Origin: Caviibacter abscessus
Lineage (GTDB): Bacteria; Fusobacteriota; Fusobacteriia; Fusobacteriales; Leptotrichiaceae
Assembly: GCF_001517835.1 (NCBI RefSeq)
Contig: NZ_LOQG01000011.1
Location: 44,028 to 108,027, forward strand
Direction: 5' to 3'
Length of the DNA: 64,000 nt
In this document: one piece after another, positions 19,997 to 28,505 of the stretch
How positions within the stretch are numbered: the first letter of the stretch is position 1
How the letters are laid out: each line of letters starts with the position of its first letter
Position numbers and translations under genes: made by a program
Notes under the pieces: generated by a model
Databases searched by the model: none
What the model saw: only the letters and a program-made list of their open reading frames with translations
Told to the model about the DNA's origin: nothing

Positions 19997-21229
19997 TTAT
20001 TTTTCATAAATAATTGTTTCCATTAATTTTCTTAATTTTTTTATTTGATTTTCATAATCACTTTCTGTTTCTGCTATTATTTCTGATAAACTAATTACAT
20101 CTGATGTACTATGACTATTTACTACTTCTTGATTTTCTTTTATAAATATCCATGTGTTTTTAGTCCAATCAAAATCATCTCTATTTAAACCTTTTATAAT
20201 TTTTTTATTTCCTTTTAGTCCTTGCGTATAGCAAGCTGCTATTCTTTTTGGAAAAATTAATTCATTTTTATTTTCTTTATTTCCCTTATCGTTTCCATTT
20301 TTAATAAATGATTCCCAAAAATTTCCAATTAAATTTATGGCAAAAGCATAATTTACTAAAAATGGCAAACTTGCTCCGCCAAATCTTTTAGCAACTTCAC
20401 ATAAATAATATTTTTGAGTTTCAAAATCATAAAACCATTCAAAATGAAATGCATTAACAGAATTATCATTAATAAATCTTTCTAAAACTTTTTTAGATGC
20501 TATTAATACCCCTTTTATTACATCTGAGTTTTTATTATAATTTGGATTTGTTCTAACAATATATTCTTTAGAATTTCCATTTAAAACTGTTAATAAAGGT
20601 TTTTCGTATTCATGAGATGAAAATAAAATAGTGTCATTACCTATACTATAACCATCTCCTGTTAGCATATATGTAATATCCAAGTATTCCTCTATCAAGA
20701 ATTTCATATTGTATTTATAAAATTCTTCTTTTACTTTATTATCATCTCTATTTATTATAAACATTTTTTCACTTGACATACCAACTACTGGTTTGATAAT
20801 AGCTTTATCCTTTTTTGTATTTTCCCAGAAAATATCTATGTCTTCAACTTTTTTTAATAATCTAAAATATGGTTGATTTACAACACCTGCTAAAAAAGAT
20901 CTCATATAGTATTTATTTGTAAATAATAAACTTTTCACTAATTCTGATTCTTTATTATTAAAATATTCTGATATTAATGCTGCCCATTCTATAATATCCT
21001 CATTTAAAGTATAAACTTTTTCAATTACATTTTCTTTTGAAATTTTAGTTATTTCATTTAAAATTTTTTCAAATGTAAAATCTTCTAAAAATATAACTTT
21101 GGGTAGTTTTTTACCATAATTGTCATATTTATTTTTTTGATATATCGGAGCTATGACAATTATATTTTCATTATTTACATGTTCTAGACCTATTGAATAT
21201 GGAGAAAATTGATGAAGTAAAATTATCAT
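19997..21229 (-). CDS. ATP-grasp fold ligase of the carboxylate-amine / L-amino-acid ligase type, function unknown
   Basis: Has ATP-grasp-like segments (IIKPVVGMSSEKMFII; FHFEWFYDFETQKYYLCEVAKRFGG). It sits in a very AT-rich segment, and an AAGGA RBS precedes the start. Confidence 0.55.
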   Translation of the reverse strand: MIILLHQFSPYSIGLEHVNNENIIVIAPIYQKNKYDNYGKKLPKVIFLEDFTFEKILNEITKISKENVIEKVYTLNEDIIEWAALISEYFNNKESELVKSLLFTNKYYMRSFLAGVVNQPYFRLLKKVEDIDIFWENTKKDKAIIKPVVGMSSEKMFIINRDDNKVKEEFYKYNMKFLIEEYLDITYMLTGDGYSIGNDTILFSSHEYEKPLLTVLNGNSKEYIVRTNPNYNKNSDVIKGVLIASKKVLERFINDNSVNAFHFEWFYDFETQKYYLCEVAKRFGGASLPFLVNYAFAINLIGNFWESFIKNGNDKGNKENKNELIFPKRIAACYTQGLKGNKKIIKGLNRDDFDWTKNTWIFIKENQEVVNSHSTSDVISLSEIIAETESDYENQIKKLRKLMETIIYEK

Positions 21230-21320
21230 TTATTTTTCCTTTCTATTATTTCACATATGCATTTCTTAAAATCATTTACATCAATATTTTCTTTCAAAAA
21301 AGCAAAATCTGTAAAATAAT

Positions 21321-22220
21321 TTATATTATTTTTTGTATATTTAAAATACTTTTTTTATAATTACCTTTTTTTAATAAGATAATATTTTGGTTAAATCCAT
21401 ATGTTTCTTTTAAAGTTTTAAAATCGTATTTATCAATATATTTAAATAAATTGTTTTCTATGTTATCAATTTCATTAAAAATATAACTTTTATAATTTTC
21501 AGGTAACAAGTTTAAAAATAGATTTATATCTTTTCCACTTATATAAGAATATATAAGTAATTGCTTTAAAATAATCTTTAATGTATGTCCTTTATAACTT
21601 GACGATATTTTTATATTATATTTTTTTAAAAAATTAATAGTATCCATAAATGATATATATCTATATAAATCTAAATCGTTTAAATTTTCATATTTTATTT
21701 CATCATTATAAATTGTTTCATAAAATCTAATTTTCTTAGGTTTTATATTACTACTAATGTAGTCAAACATTTCTAAATAATAGTTGTTTATTGAAATTTC
21801 ATTATAATTATTTTCATCAATATTAAAATGTGCAAAATCTAATAACAAAATATATTTCCCATTTTTGCAATAGTATAATTTACTGTATGTTCCTACAACT
21901 ACATCATTAAACTTAAAATTTATAATTTCATTAATGTTTTTAACTTCATATTCCTCTAAAATTTTTATAAATACATTATCAGAAGATATAAAAATAAAAT
22001 CATTTTTATTTAACTCTAATTTTTTTAGTAAAAAATCAAAAAAATTAAAATACATTTCTTTTAAATTTTCATATTCTAAATTTTTAAATAAATAACTATC
22101 TATATTATTATAAATTTCCCAATAAGGATTTATTGGTTCAATATTTATTACTTTTGACCAAATTGTTGATTGATTATAATAATATTTGCCATCTTTTAAA
22201 TTTTTAAAATCATGAGCCAT
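21321..22220 (-). CDS. hypothetical protein with no recognisable domain; the 5' end is uncertain and may extend to about 22353 through a frameshift
   Basis: A long ORF with codon usage like the neighbouring ATP-grasp gene. The reading frame stays open for 33 sense codons upstream of the annotated ATG without an in-frame start. Confidence 0.5.
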   Translation of the reverse strand: MAHDFKNLKDGKYYYNQSTIWSKVINIEPINPYWEIYNNIDSYLFKNLEYENLKEMYFNFFDFLLKKLELNKNDFIFISSDNVFIKILEEYEVKNINEIINFKFNDVVVGTYSKLYYCKNGKYILLLDFAHFNIDENNYNEISINNYYLEMFDYISSNIKPKKIRFYETIYNDEIKYENLNDLDLYRYISFMDTINFLKKYNIKISSSYKGHTLKIILKQLLIYSYISGKDINLFLNLLPENYKSYIFNEIDNIENNLFKYIDKYDFKTLKETYGFNQNIILLKKGNYKKSILNIQKII

Positions 22221-22583
22221 AATAGCAGAACCTATAAACCATTTTCCTTTTTCTATACCTTCAAATTCTATTGTATGTATATTATTATTTTTATTAAATT
22301 CTTCAAACTTTATTATAGTTCACCCCTTTACATATACCATTATTATTATACATCTTTACTTTATCAAAGGAATAATAAAGTTTAACAAAAAAAAATTCCT
22401 CTTTGATATACAATTATATATACTATAAAAGGAATTTTATATATTGGTATTTTTAATTTTTCATTCTAGTTCTAATATATTATCAAATCTATTTATATAT
22501 TATTTCTATCTAACAATTCTTCTGGATTCTTATAAATTTCATATGTATTATAAATTTTTCTGCTCAATTTAAATATTTTCATT

Positions 22584-22617
22584 TTAAAAAAAATGGAAGC
22601 CATTTCTGACTTCCATA
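22584..22617 (-). terminator. intrinsic terminator of the rplM-rpsI operon
   Basis: On the minus strand a 7-bp stem (ATGGAAG / CTTCCAT) is followed by a U8 run, immediately after the rpsI stop codon. Confidence 0.65.
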
Positions 22618-22631
22618 TGTTCTTGCAAATT

Positions 22632-23027
22632 TTATCTCTTTGAGAATTGAGGGCTTCTTCTTGCTTTTTTCTTACCATATTTCTTTCTTTCAACCATTCT
22701 TGAATCTCTTGTTAAGAATCCAGCTTCTTTTAAAGCTTCTCTATATTCTCCATCTGTTTCTAGTAATGCTCTTGAAACACCATGTCTTATAGCTCCAGCT
22801 TGACCTGAGTTTCCCCCACCGTATACATTAACTACAACTTTATATTTTCCTAAAGTTTCAGTTAATTCTAATGGTTGTTCTACTATTTTAGCTAAGATTT
22901 CTCTTCCTTCAAAGTATTCTCTCATGTCTTTTCCATTTATTACTACACCAGTTTCTCCAGCAATTAATCTAACTCTAGCTACAGAAGTTTTTCTTCTACC
23001 TGTTCCTAAATATTGTACTTTACTCAT
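22632..23027 (-). CDS. rpsI: 30S ribosomal protein S9
   Basis: Aligns with S9 over its full length ([13 protein letters not shown]...[17 protein letters not shown]). Confidence 0.95.
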   Translation of the reverse strand: MSKVQYLGTGRRKTSVARVRLIAGETGVVINGKDMREYFEGREILAKIVEQPLELTETLGKYKVVVNVYGGGNSGQAGAIRHGVSRALLETDGEYREALKEAGFLTRDSRMVERKKYGKKKARRSPQFSKR

Positions 23028-23043
23028 TTATTCTTTCCTCCTA

Positions 23044-23478
23044 CTATTTACCCAACTTTTCTGGTTTTTGTGCTGCATTATTATGTTCAGCTGTAACATA
23101 TAATTTAAGTCTGTTTATTTGTTGTCTTCCTAATTTATTTTTAGGTAACATTCTTTCAACAGCCTTTCTTATTACGTCAGTAGGTTTCTTGTCTAACATT
23201 TCTTGTAAAGTTCTAACTTTTAGTCCCCCTGGATATCCGCTGTGTCTGTAATATTTTTTATCAGTTAATTTTTTACCTGTAACAACAATCTTATCAGCAT
23301 TTGTAACTATTACATAATCTCCACTGTCTACATGTGGTGTGTATGTAGGCTTATCTTTACCCATAAGTTTTACTGCTATTTCAGTAGCTAATTTTCCTAA
23401 CACTTTACCTTCAGCGTCAACTTCATACCATTTTCTTTCAACTAATTCTTTTTTTTGCATTACTGTGTACTTATTCAC
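23044..23478 (-). CDS. rplM: 50S ribosomal protein L13, GTG start
   Basis: Aligns with L13 (WYEVDAEGKVLGKLA...TPHVDSGDYV). The start is GTG, 6 nt after AGGAGG. Confidence 0.9.
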   Translation of the reverse strand: MNKYTVMQKKELVERKWYEVDAEGKVLGKLATEIAVKLMGKDKPTYTPHVDSGDYVIVTNADKIVVTGKKLTDKKYYRHSGYPGGLKVRTLQEMLDKKPTDVIRKAVERMLPKNKLGRQQINRLKLYVTAEHNNAAQKPEKLGK

Positions 23479-23583
23479 TTTTTTCCTCCTAATAATTTAA
23501 ACGTGAATAACGGTTCCTTTGTGGGAAAGGAATTTTTATAGATAGAGTATATAATATTTTATAATTATTGTCAAATTAAAACA

Positions 23584-23611
23584 TAAAAAAAGTGCACAGA
23601 AAGTACACTTT
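23584..23611 (-). terminator. intrinsic terminator of rpsT
   Basis: On the minus strand a 9-bp stem (AAAGUGUAC / GUGCACUUU, one G-U pair) with a 5-nt loop is followed by a U7 run. Confidence 0.7.
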
Positions 23612-23636
23612 AATAAATTTTTATAAAAATTTACTA

Positions 23637-23900
23637 CTATCCTAATTTTTTAACTTTTAGAGACAATCTTGACTTTGTTCTAGATGCTGTATTTTTCTTT
23701 AACACACCTTTTGTTACCGCTTTATCAAGTTCTTTAAATGATACAGATAATGCTGCCTTAGCTTCGTCGACATTGTTGCTTTCAACAGCTGCGATAACTT
23801 TTTTAACGAAAGTTTTAACTCTACTCTTTATTGCTTGATTTCTAAGTCTGTTTCTTTCTCCTAAAACAATTCTTTTCTTAGATGATTTAGTATGTGCCAT
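23637..23900 (-). CDS. rpsT: 30S ribosomal protein S20
   Basis: Carries the S20 N-terminus MAHTKSSKKR and is alpha-helical and basic. The start was reset to the ATG 4 nt after AGGAGG. Confidence 0.9.
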   Translation of the reverse strand: MAHTKSSKKRIVLGERNRLRNQAIKSRVKTFVKKVIAAVESNNVDEAKAALSVSFKELDKAVTKGVLKKNTASRTKSRLSLKVKKLG

Positions 23901-24014
23901 TCTTCCTCCTTTTACCATTCATCTTTAGTTACCTACGTATAGTAACATTTTTAAATAAAAAAATCAATATTCTTTTAAAGACATTTTATATTTTATGTTT
24001 TATAGCTTATTTTA

Positions 24015-25607
24015 CTACTTTTTTCTTAATTCATCAATTTCTGATTTTATAACTGTAACTTTTGGTCCAAACACAACTTGAACTCCGCTTGTTCCTACTT
24101 TCATAACAGCTTTAGCTCCGTTTTCTTTTAAAGTTGCTTCATCTATTATATTTGAATTTACAACTTCAAGTCTTAATCTTGTTATACAAGCTTCAACATT
24201 TAATAAGTTTTCTTTTCCACCTAAAGCTTCTAATATTATTTTTGATTGCTCAGTTATATTTGTTTTATTTTCATTTGATGATATTTTTTCGTCATCGTCA
24301 TCTTCTCTTCCAGGTGTTTTCAAATCAAATTTTAAAATTACTGCTCTAAATAAGAAATAATAAACAGTAAAGTATATTATACCTAAAGGTAATATACGAA
24401 GCCAATGAGATTTTAAGTTTCCTTGTAATATTCCAAATAAGAAAAAGTCAATTAATCCACCTGAAAACGTTAATCCAATAGGAATATTAAATATGTGCAT
24501 TAACGTGAAAGCAATACCAGCAAATATACAATGTATGAAGTATAAAAAGGGTGCAACAAATAAGAAAGTAAATTCTATAGGCTCTGTAATTCCTGTTAAT
24601 ACTGCTGTAAAGGCAGCAGAAAATAGTAAACTCTTAACTTTTGATCTTTTATTTTTCTTTGAAACTGTATACATTGCAAGTGCTGCTGCTGGTAAACCAA
24701 ACATCATAAGTAAGAATTTACCTGACATAAATCTTGCATACTCTATTGAATACGGACCTACAAAATTTGGGTCTCCTAATTCAGCAAATAATATGTTTTG
24801 TGCTCCCTCTACTAATCTACCAGCTATTTCTTTACTTCCACCAACTGCTGTTTGCCAAAATGGTAAATAAAATACATGGTGAAGCCCAAATGGTATTAAT
24901 GCTCTTTCTGTGAACCCGAATATAAAAGTACCTGCATACCCTAATAAATTTATTAAACTACCTATACTTAAAATTCCAATTTGAATATAAGGCCAAACAA
25001 AATATGAGATAATTCCAGTTAAAATTGCAGTAATTGCAGATATTATAGGAACGAACTTTGTACCTGAAAAAAATGCTAACATTTCAGTCAACTGTATTTT
25101 ATAATACTTATTATGTAAATACGCCACAATTAAACCAGCTATTATTCCACCAAAAACTCCCATTTGAAGTGATTCAATTCCTAAAACCATAGTCTTTGAA
25201 CCCGCAGGTAAAACTGGGTTAAATGCTTCTAATAATGACGATATTGTTCTGTGCATTACTAAAAAGAAAATTGCTGATGAAAAAGCAGATATTTCTTTTT
25301 CTGAAAATGCAAAGGCTATTGCAACCGCTATTGCAAAAATAAGTGGAAGATTTGAAAATATTATATCACCCGCTTTACTGATAGTACTAAATATATGATA
25401 TAGTGGTAATTTAGTTGTCATTGAATAAACACCATTTTCATATAAAACTGTTCCTAAAACACTTTCCATTTTATATAACTTAATATTAACTGGATTAGTA
25501 AATACAGCTCCTATTGCTAAAAATAAACCTGCTATTGGAAGTACAGCTATTGGCAACATAAATGCCTTACCTAATGCTTGTATTTTGCTTAATACTTTAT
25601 CTTTCAT
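24015..25607 (-). CDS. PTS glucose/GlcNAc-family transporter EIIC-EIIB
   Basis: A polytopic EIIC(Glc) domain is followed by a C-terminal EIIB domain with the phospho-Cys motif NVEACITRLR. Confidence 0.85.
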   Translation of the reverse strand: MKDKVLSKIQALGKAFMLPIAVLPIAGLFLAIGAVFTNPVNIKLYKMESVLGTVLYENGVYSMTTKLPLYHIFSTISKAGDIIFSNLPLIFAIAVAIAFAFSEKEISAFSSAIFFLVMHRTISSLLEAFNPVLPAGSKTMVLGIESLQMGVFGGIIAGLIVAYLHNKYYKIQLTEMLAFFSGTKFVPIISAITAILTGIISYFVWPYIQIGILSIGSLINLLGYAGTFIFGFTERALIPFGLHHVFYLPFWQTAVGGSKEIAGRLVEGAQNILFAELGDPNFVGPYSIEYARFMSGKFLLMMFGLPAAALAMYTVSKKNKRSKVKSLLFSAAFTAVLTGITEPIEFTFLFVAPFLYFIHCIFAGIAFTLMHIFNIPIGLTFSGGLIDFFLFGILQGNLKSHWLRILPLGIIYFTVYYFLFRAVILKFDLKTPGREDDDDEKISSNENKTNITEQSKIILEALGGKENLLNVEACITRLRLEVVNSNIIDEATLKENGAKAVMKVGTSGVQVVFGPKVTVIKSEIDELRKK

Positions 25608-25694
25608 TTATCCTCCTATATATTTTTTGCATATAACGCAAACGATTACAATTTTATTAGAGTATACCACAAATATTTAAAATGTAAAGATGTA

Positions 25695-25724
25695 AAACAA
25701 AAAAAGCAGGCATTTTCCCTGCTT
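25695..25724 (-). terminator. intrinsic terminator after the EIIB-like gene
   Basis: On the minus strand the hairpin GCAGGGAAAATGCCTGC is followed by UUUUUUUGUUUU. Confidence 0.65.
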
Positions 25725-25752
25725 CATATATATTTTTTTCAATTCATAAGCA

Positions 25753-26106
25753 TTACATTAATTTATCAAGTTCTTCTTTTATAACACTCACTTTTGGTCC
25801 AAATACAACTTGTATTATCCCGTCTTTTTTCAATACTCCTATTGCCTTATTATCTTTAAGTGCTTGTTCATCAACTACATTTTCATCTTTTGTTTTAACA
25901 AATAGTCTTGTTGAACACGCTTCAAGGCTCGTTATATTTTCTCTTCCCCCAAATGCGTTTACAATATTATTTGCTTGTTCTCCAAGAGTTATTTTTTTAG
26001 TACTATCTTCTGTATTTGATTTTTGATTTTCTTCTCCACTTCCAGTATTAAAATTTGACTTAGGTAGCATGAATACAAGTATTTTTTTAATAAACTTTTC
26101 TTTCAT
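25753..26106 (-). CDS. stand-alone PTS EIIB(Glc)-like domain protein with an approximately 45-aa N-terminal extension
   Basis: The EIIB motif NITSLEACSTRL is a paralogue of the EIIB domain of the adjacent EIICB. The gene has its own terminator. Confidence 0.6.
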   Translation of the reverse strand: MKEKFIKKILVFMLPKSNFNTGSGEENQKSNTEDSTKKITLGEQANNIVNAFGGRENITSLEACSTRLFVKTKDENVVDEQALKDNKAIGVLKKDGIIQVVFGPKVSVIKEELDKLM

Positions 26107-26281
26107 TTTTATCCTCCTAATTTGTAATCTGAATCTATGTAATCGTTTACATAATTCTTAACATATTATATCACTTTTTTTATAAATGTAAAGCAAAATA
26201 ATAAAACTTTTTACAAAGCTGTTATAAAAAATACACCTTTAATTTCGTTATCCGAAATTAAGGGTGCATAATTTTTATATA

Positions 26282-28003
26282 TTATTTCACTGAAATTTGA
26301 ATAAATACAGGGTCATGATCTGAGAATCTACCTTGTTTTTCTGTAAATTCAGAATTTAAGTGTATATATTGAACTTTTGAATTTTTCGCATATTTTTTAT
26401 TTAAAACAATATGATCAAGAATTTGAGTTACTCCTTGGAAAACATATGAATATCTTTCATTAAGCGGAACTAAGTATGCAGAAGATATAAAGTTTTTTCC
26501 AACCATTTTCTTCATTGTTGGTGAAAATTCATAATCATTCATATCTCCCATAGATAATATTATTGCATTTTTATCATAGCTTAATATCTTATCCATAAAT
26601 TTACCTATAACTTCTCCCTCAGGTATTCTAACTATTTCAGATCTTCTAACTTTAGCTTTATCATTTATCCATAATTTATCATCGCTTCTCTTTGATTTTA
26701 AGTGATTTGCAATTACAAATACATTTTTACCTTTGAAAGTTAAATGTGCAACTATAGGTTTTCTTACTTCCTTAAAGTTTTCATCATTATTTCCAAGTCT
26801 TCCAGGGTTATATGTTAATCTAACTTTTGAACCTTTTTTAATAACATCTGTATCTACTTTTGTTGTCCCTTGATTTACTGAAACAGCTTTTAATCTATCT
26901 TTTCTGTATAAAATTACGTTTCTTATATTTGCATTAGGCCAACCACCATCTTGTAAATGCTCAGGATTTACAGTCATATACTCATATTTTGGTCCTCCTG
27001 CTTTTACAATTGCAGTTATTATTGCATTTATATTTTCAACTGCTGTTGTCTCTTTTGATTCACTTTCAGGTCCATTATCATCCATTACTTCTATTAAAGT
27101 TAAAATGTCAGGTTTTTTTAATGTTTCAACAACTTCTTTAGCTAATTGTTCAACTCTTCCAGGTATCATATCTCTATGAAAGTTTTCAATATTGTATGAA
27201 ACTACATTTAATTTTGATTTATCGTAATTATATTTTAAAGTTTCAGGTTTATGATTTGTTAATATAAACATATCTTTATTTAATTTTTGACCTCTTAAAG
27301 CCCACACATCATAATCAAAACTTACATTTCCTGTTAAATAATCTTTTACTTTATCATAAGTATGTACCATTAACTCATCTTCAGAAAATTTTTCTGATAA
27401 TCCTTGCATATACTTAATTCTATTTGGTTGTTCGTTATCATATGAATAAACTCCACCACCATATATATTGCTATTTTCAATTTTACCATATGTTAAATAC
27501 ACATTTGAGTACTTATAATCAATAGCTGTAACTAATGGTTTTTCAACTTTAACAAGCATTCCTTCTAAACTTTCAAAATAATTTACTATATCAGGTATAT
27601 TTGAAAACTCTTTTAAAGTTACTGCTTCAACTTTATTATCACTTGAAATAACTGTAACACTTGTTGCTTGTATGCTTGTTTCTGTAGGATTACTTTTATT
27701 AAATTTACTAAATTGTATTTCTTTAACAAGCCCATCTACACTTACTTTATCTCCAACTTTTACATTTTCTTTTGTTTCTACCCAAATAGCATCAGAAGTT
27801 TTATCGTTACCATCACCTTTATCTTGCATATAAAATCCTTGATTATATTTGCTTTTAAATGTATTTGTTACCACACCTTCAACTTTATCTACTTCTTTAC
27901 CTGCATAAGCTGATACCATACCTTCACCTTGTATTTGAGGTATAGTTATAGCAGTAGAAATTATTGAAAATACTGCTGATAATATTACAAATGTCTTTTT
28001 CAT
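26282..28003 (-). CDS. secreted nuclease of the endonuclease/exonuclease/phosphatase (EEP) family with an N-terminal OB/lamin-tail-like domain (ExeM/NucH-like)
   Basis: Has a signal peptide, an N-terminal beta-rich domain and a C-terminal EEP domain (VVSYNIENF...LTLIEV...SDHDPV). Confidence 0.7.
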   Translation of the reverse strand: MKKTFVILSAVFSIISTAITIPQIQGEGMVSAYAGKEVDKVEGVVTNTFKSKYNQGFYMQDKGDGNDKTSDAIWVETKENVKVGDKVSVDGLVKEIQFSKFNKSNPTETSIQATSVTVISSDNKVEAVTLKEFSNIPDIVNYFESLEGMLVKVEKPLVTAIDYKYSNVYLTYGKIENSNIYGGGVYSYDNEQPNRIKYMQGLSEKFSEDELMVHTYDKVKDYLTGNVSFDYDVWALRGQKLNKDMFILTNHKPETLKYNYDKSKLNVVSYNIENFHRDMIPGRVEQLAKEVVETLKKPDILTLIEVMDDNGPESESKETTAVENINAIITAIVKAGGPKYEYMTVNPEHLQDGGWPNANIRNVILYRKDRLKAVSVNQGTTKVDTDVIKKGSKVRLTYNPGRLGNNDENFKEVRKPIVAHLTFKGKNVFVIANHLKSKRSDDKLWINDKAKVRRSEIVRIPEGEVIGKFMDKILSYDKNAIILSMGDMNDYEFSPTMKKMVGKNFISSAYLVPLNERYSYVFQGVTQILDHIVLNKKYAKNSKVQYIHLNSEFTEKQGRFSDHDPVFIQISVK

Positions 28004-28127
28004 TAATTTTCCCCTTTCATTTATTCCCTGTATTACATTATATCCATATTTTAAAAAAATACAATATATTGATAAATTAAAATTTAAGTGTTATAATTAT
28101 TTAATAACTAAAAGGAGATTTTTGAGT

Positions 28128-28487
28128 ATGAAAAGTGAAGACAAAAGTTTTAAATTTGTACTTTTGCTTTGTTGGGTTATACCGATATTCGCACCAGTCG
28201 TCATATATGCGTTTCAGCCAAAATTTTTATCTAAAAGAAGTAGATTTGTTGTTTGGCAATTACTTAACAAGCAAGTAAGTATGTCCCTACTATATTATGC
28301 CGTTTTTGTTGGACTTTTAAGAGTTGTTTCAACAGGGAATAATCAAAGTGTCGTCTTTAGATCAATAGCTTTTTTAGTCATTACTTTTGTATGCTCTATG
28401 ATCTGGCAACTTAGATATACTTTAAAATGGATTAAAGGCGAATATGTAGAATACAAGTACATACTAAAATTATTTAGTAAATGGTAG
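28128..28487 (+). CDS. small integral membrane protein (about 3 TM), unknown function
   Basis: Has hydrophobic segments and is locally richer in GC than its neighbours. AGGAG lies 10 nt upstream of ATG 28128. Confidence 0.45.
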   Translation: MKSEDKSFKFVLLLCWVIPIFAPVVIYAFQPKFLSKRSRFVVWQLLNKQVSMSLLYYAVFVGLLRVVSTGNNQSVVFRSIAFLVITFVCSMIWQLRYTLKWIKGEYVEYKYILKLFSKW

Positions 28488-28505
28488 AAAGGATACAACA
28501 CAAAA

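Noticed and set aside
22493-22693. 66-aa ORF at the 3' end of rpsI
   Set aside because: It spans the rpsI stop codon and the rpsI intrinsic terminator hairpin. It is an artefact of an open frame, not a gene.
23919-24014. Palindrome GTTACCTACGTATAGTAAC between the rpsT start and the PTS EIICB gene end, considered as a terminator
   Set aside because: The stem is only 5 bp, there is no adjacent U-tract on the relevant strand, and it lies in the rpsT promoter region. It could be an operator, but there is no supporting evidence.
28004-28505. Possible T-box riboswitch leader upstream of valS
   Set aside because: There is no T-box consensus (AATTAGGGTGGNACCGCG-like) and no terminator or antiterminator pair. 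The region is occupied by a plausible small membrane-protein ORF. I could not run a covariance model.
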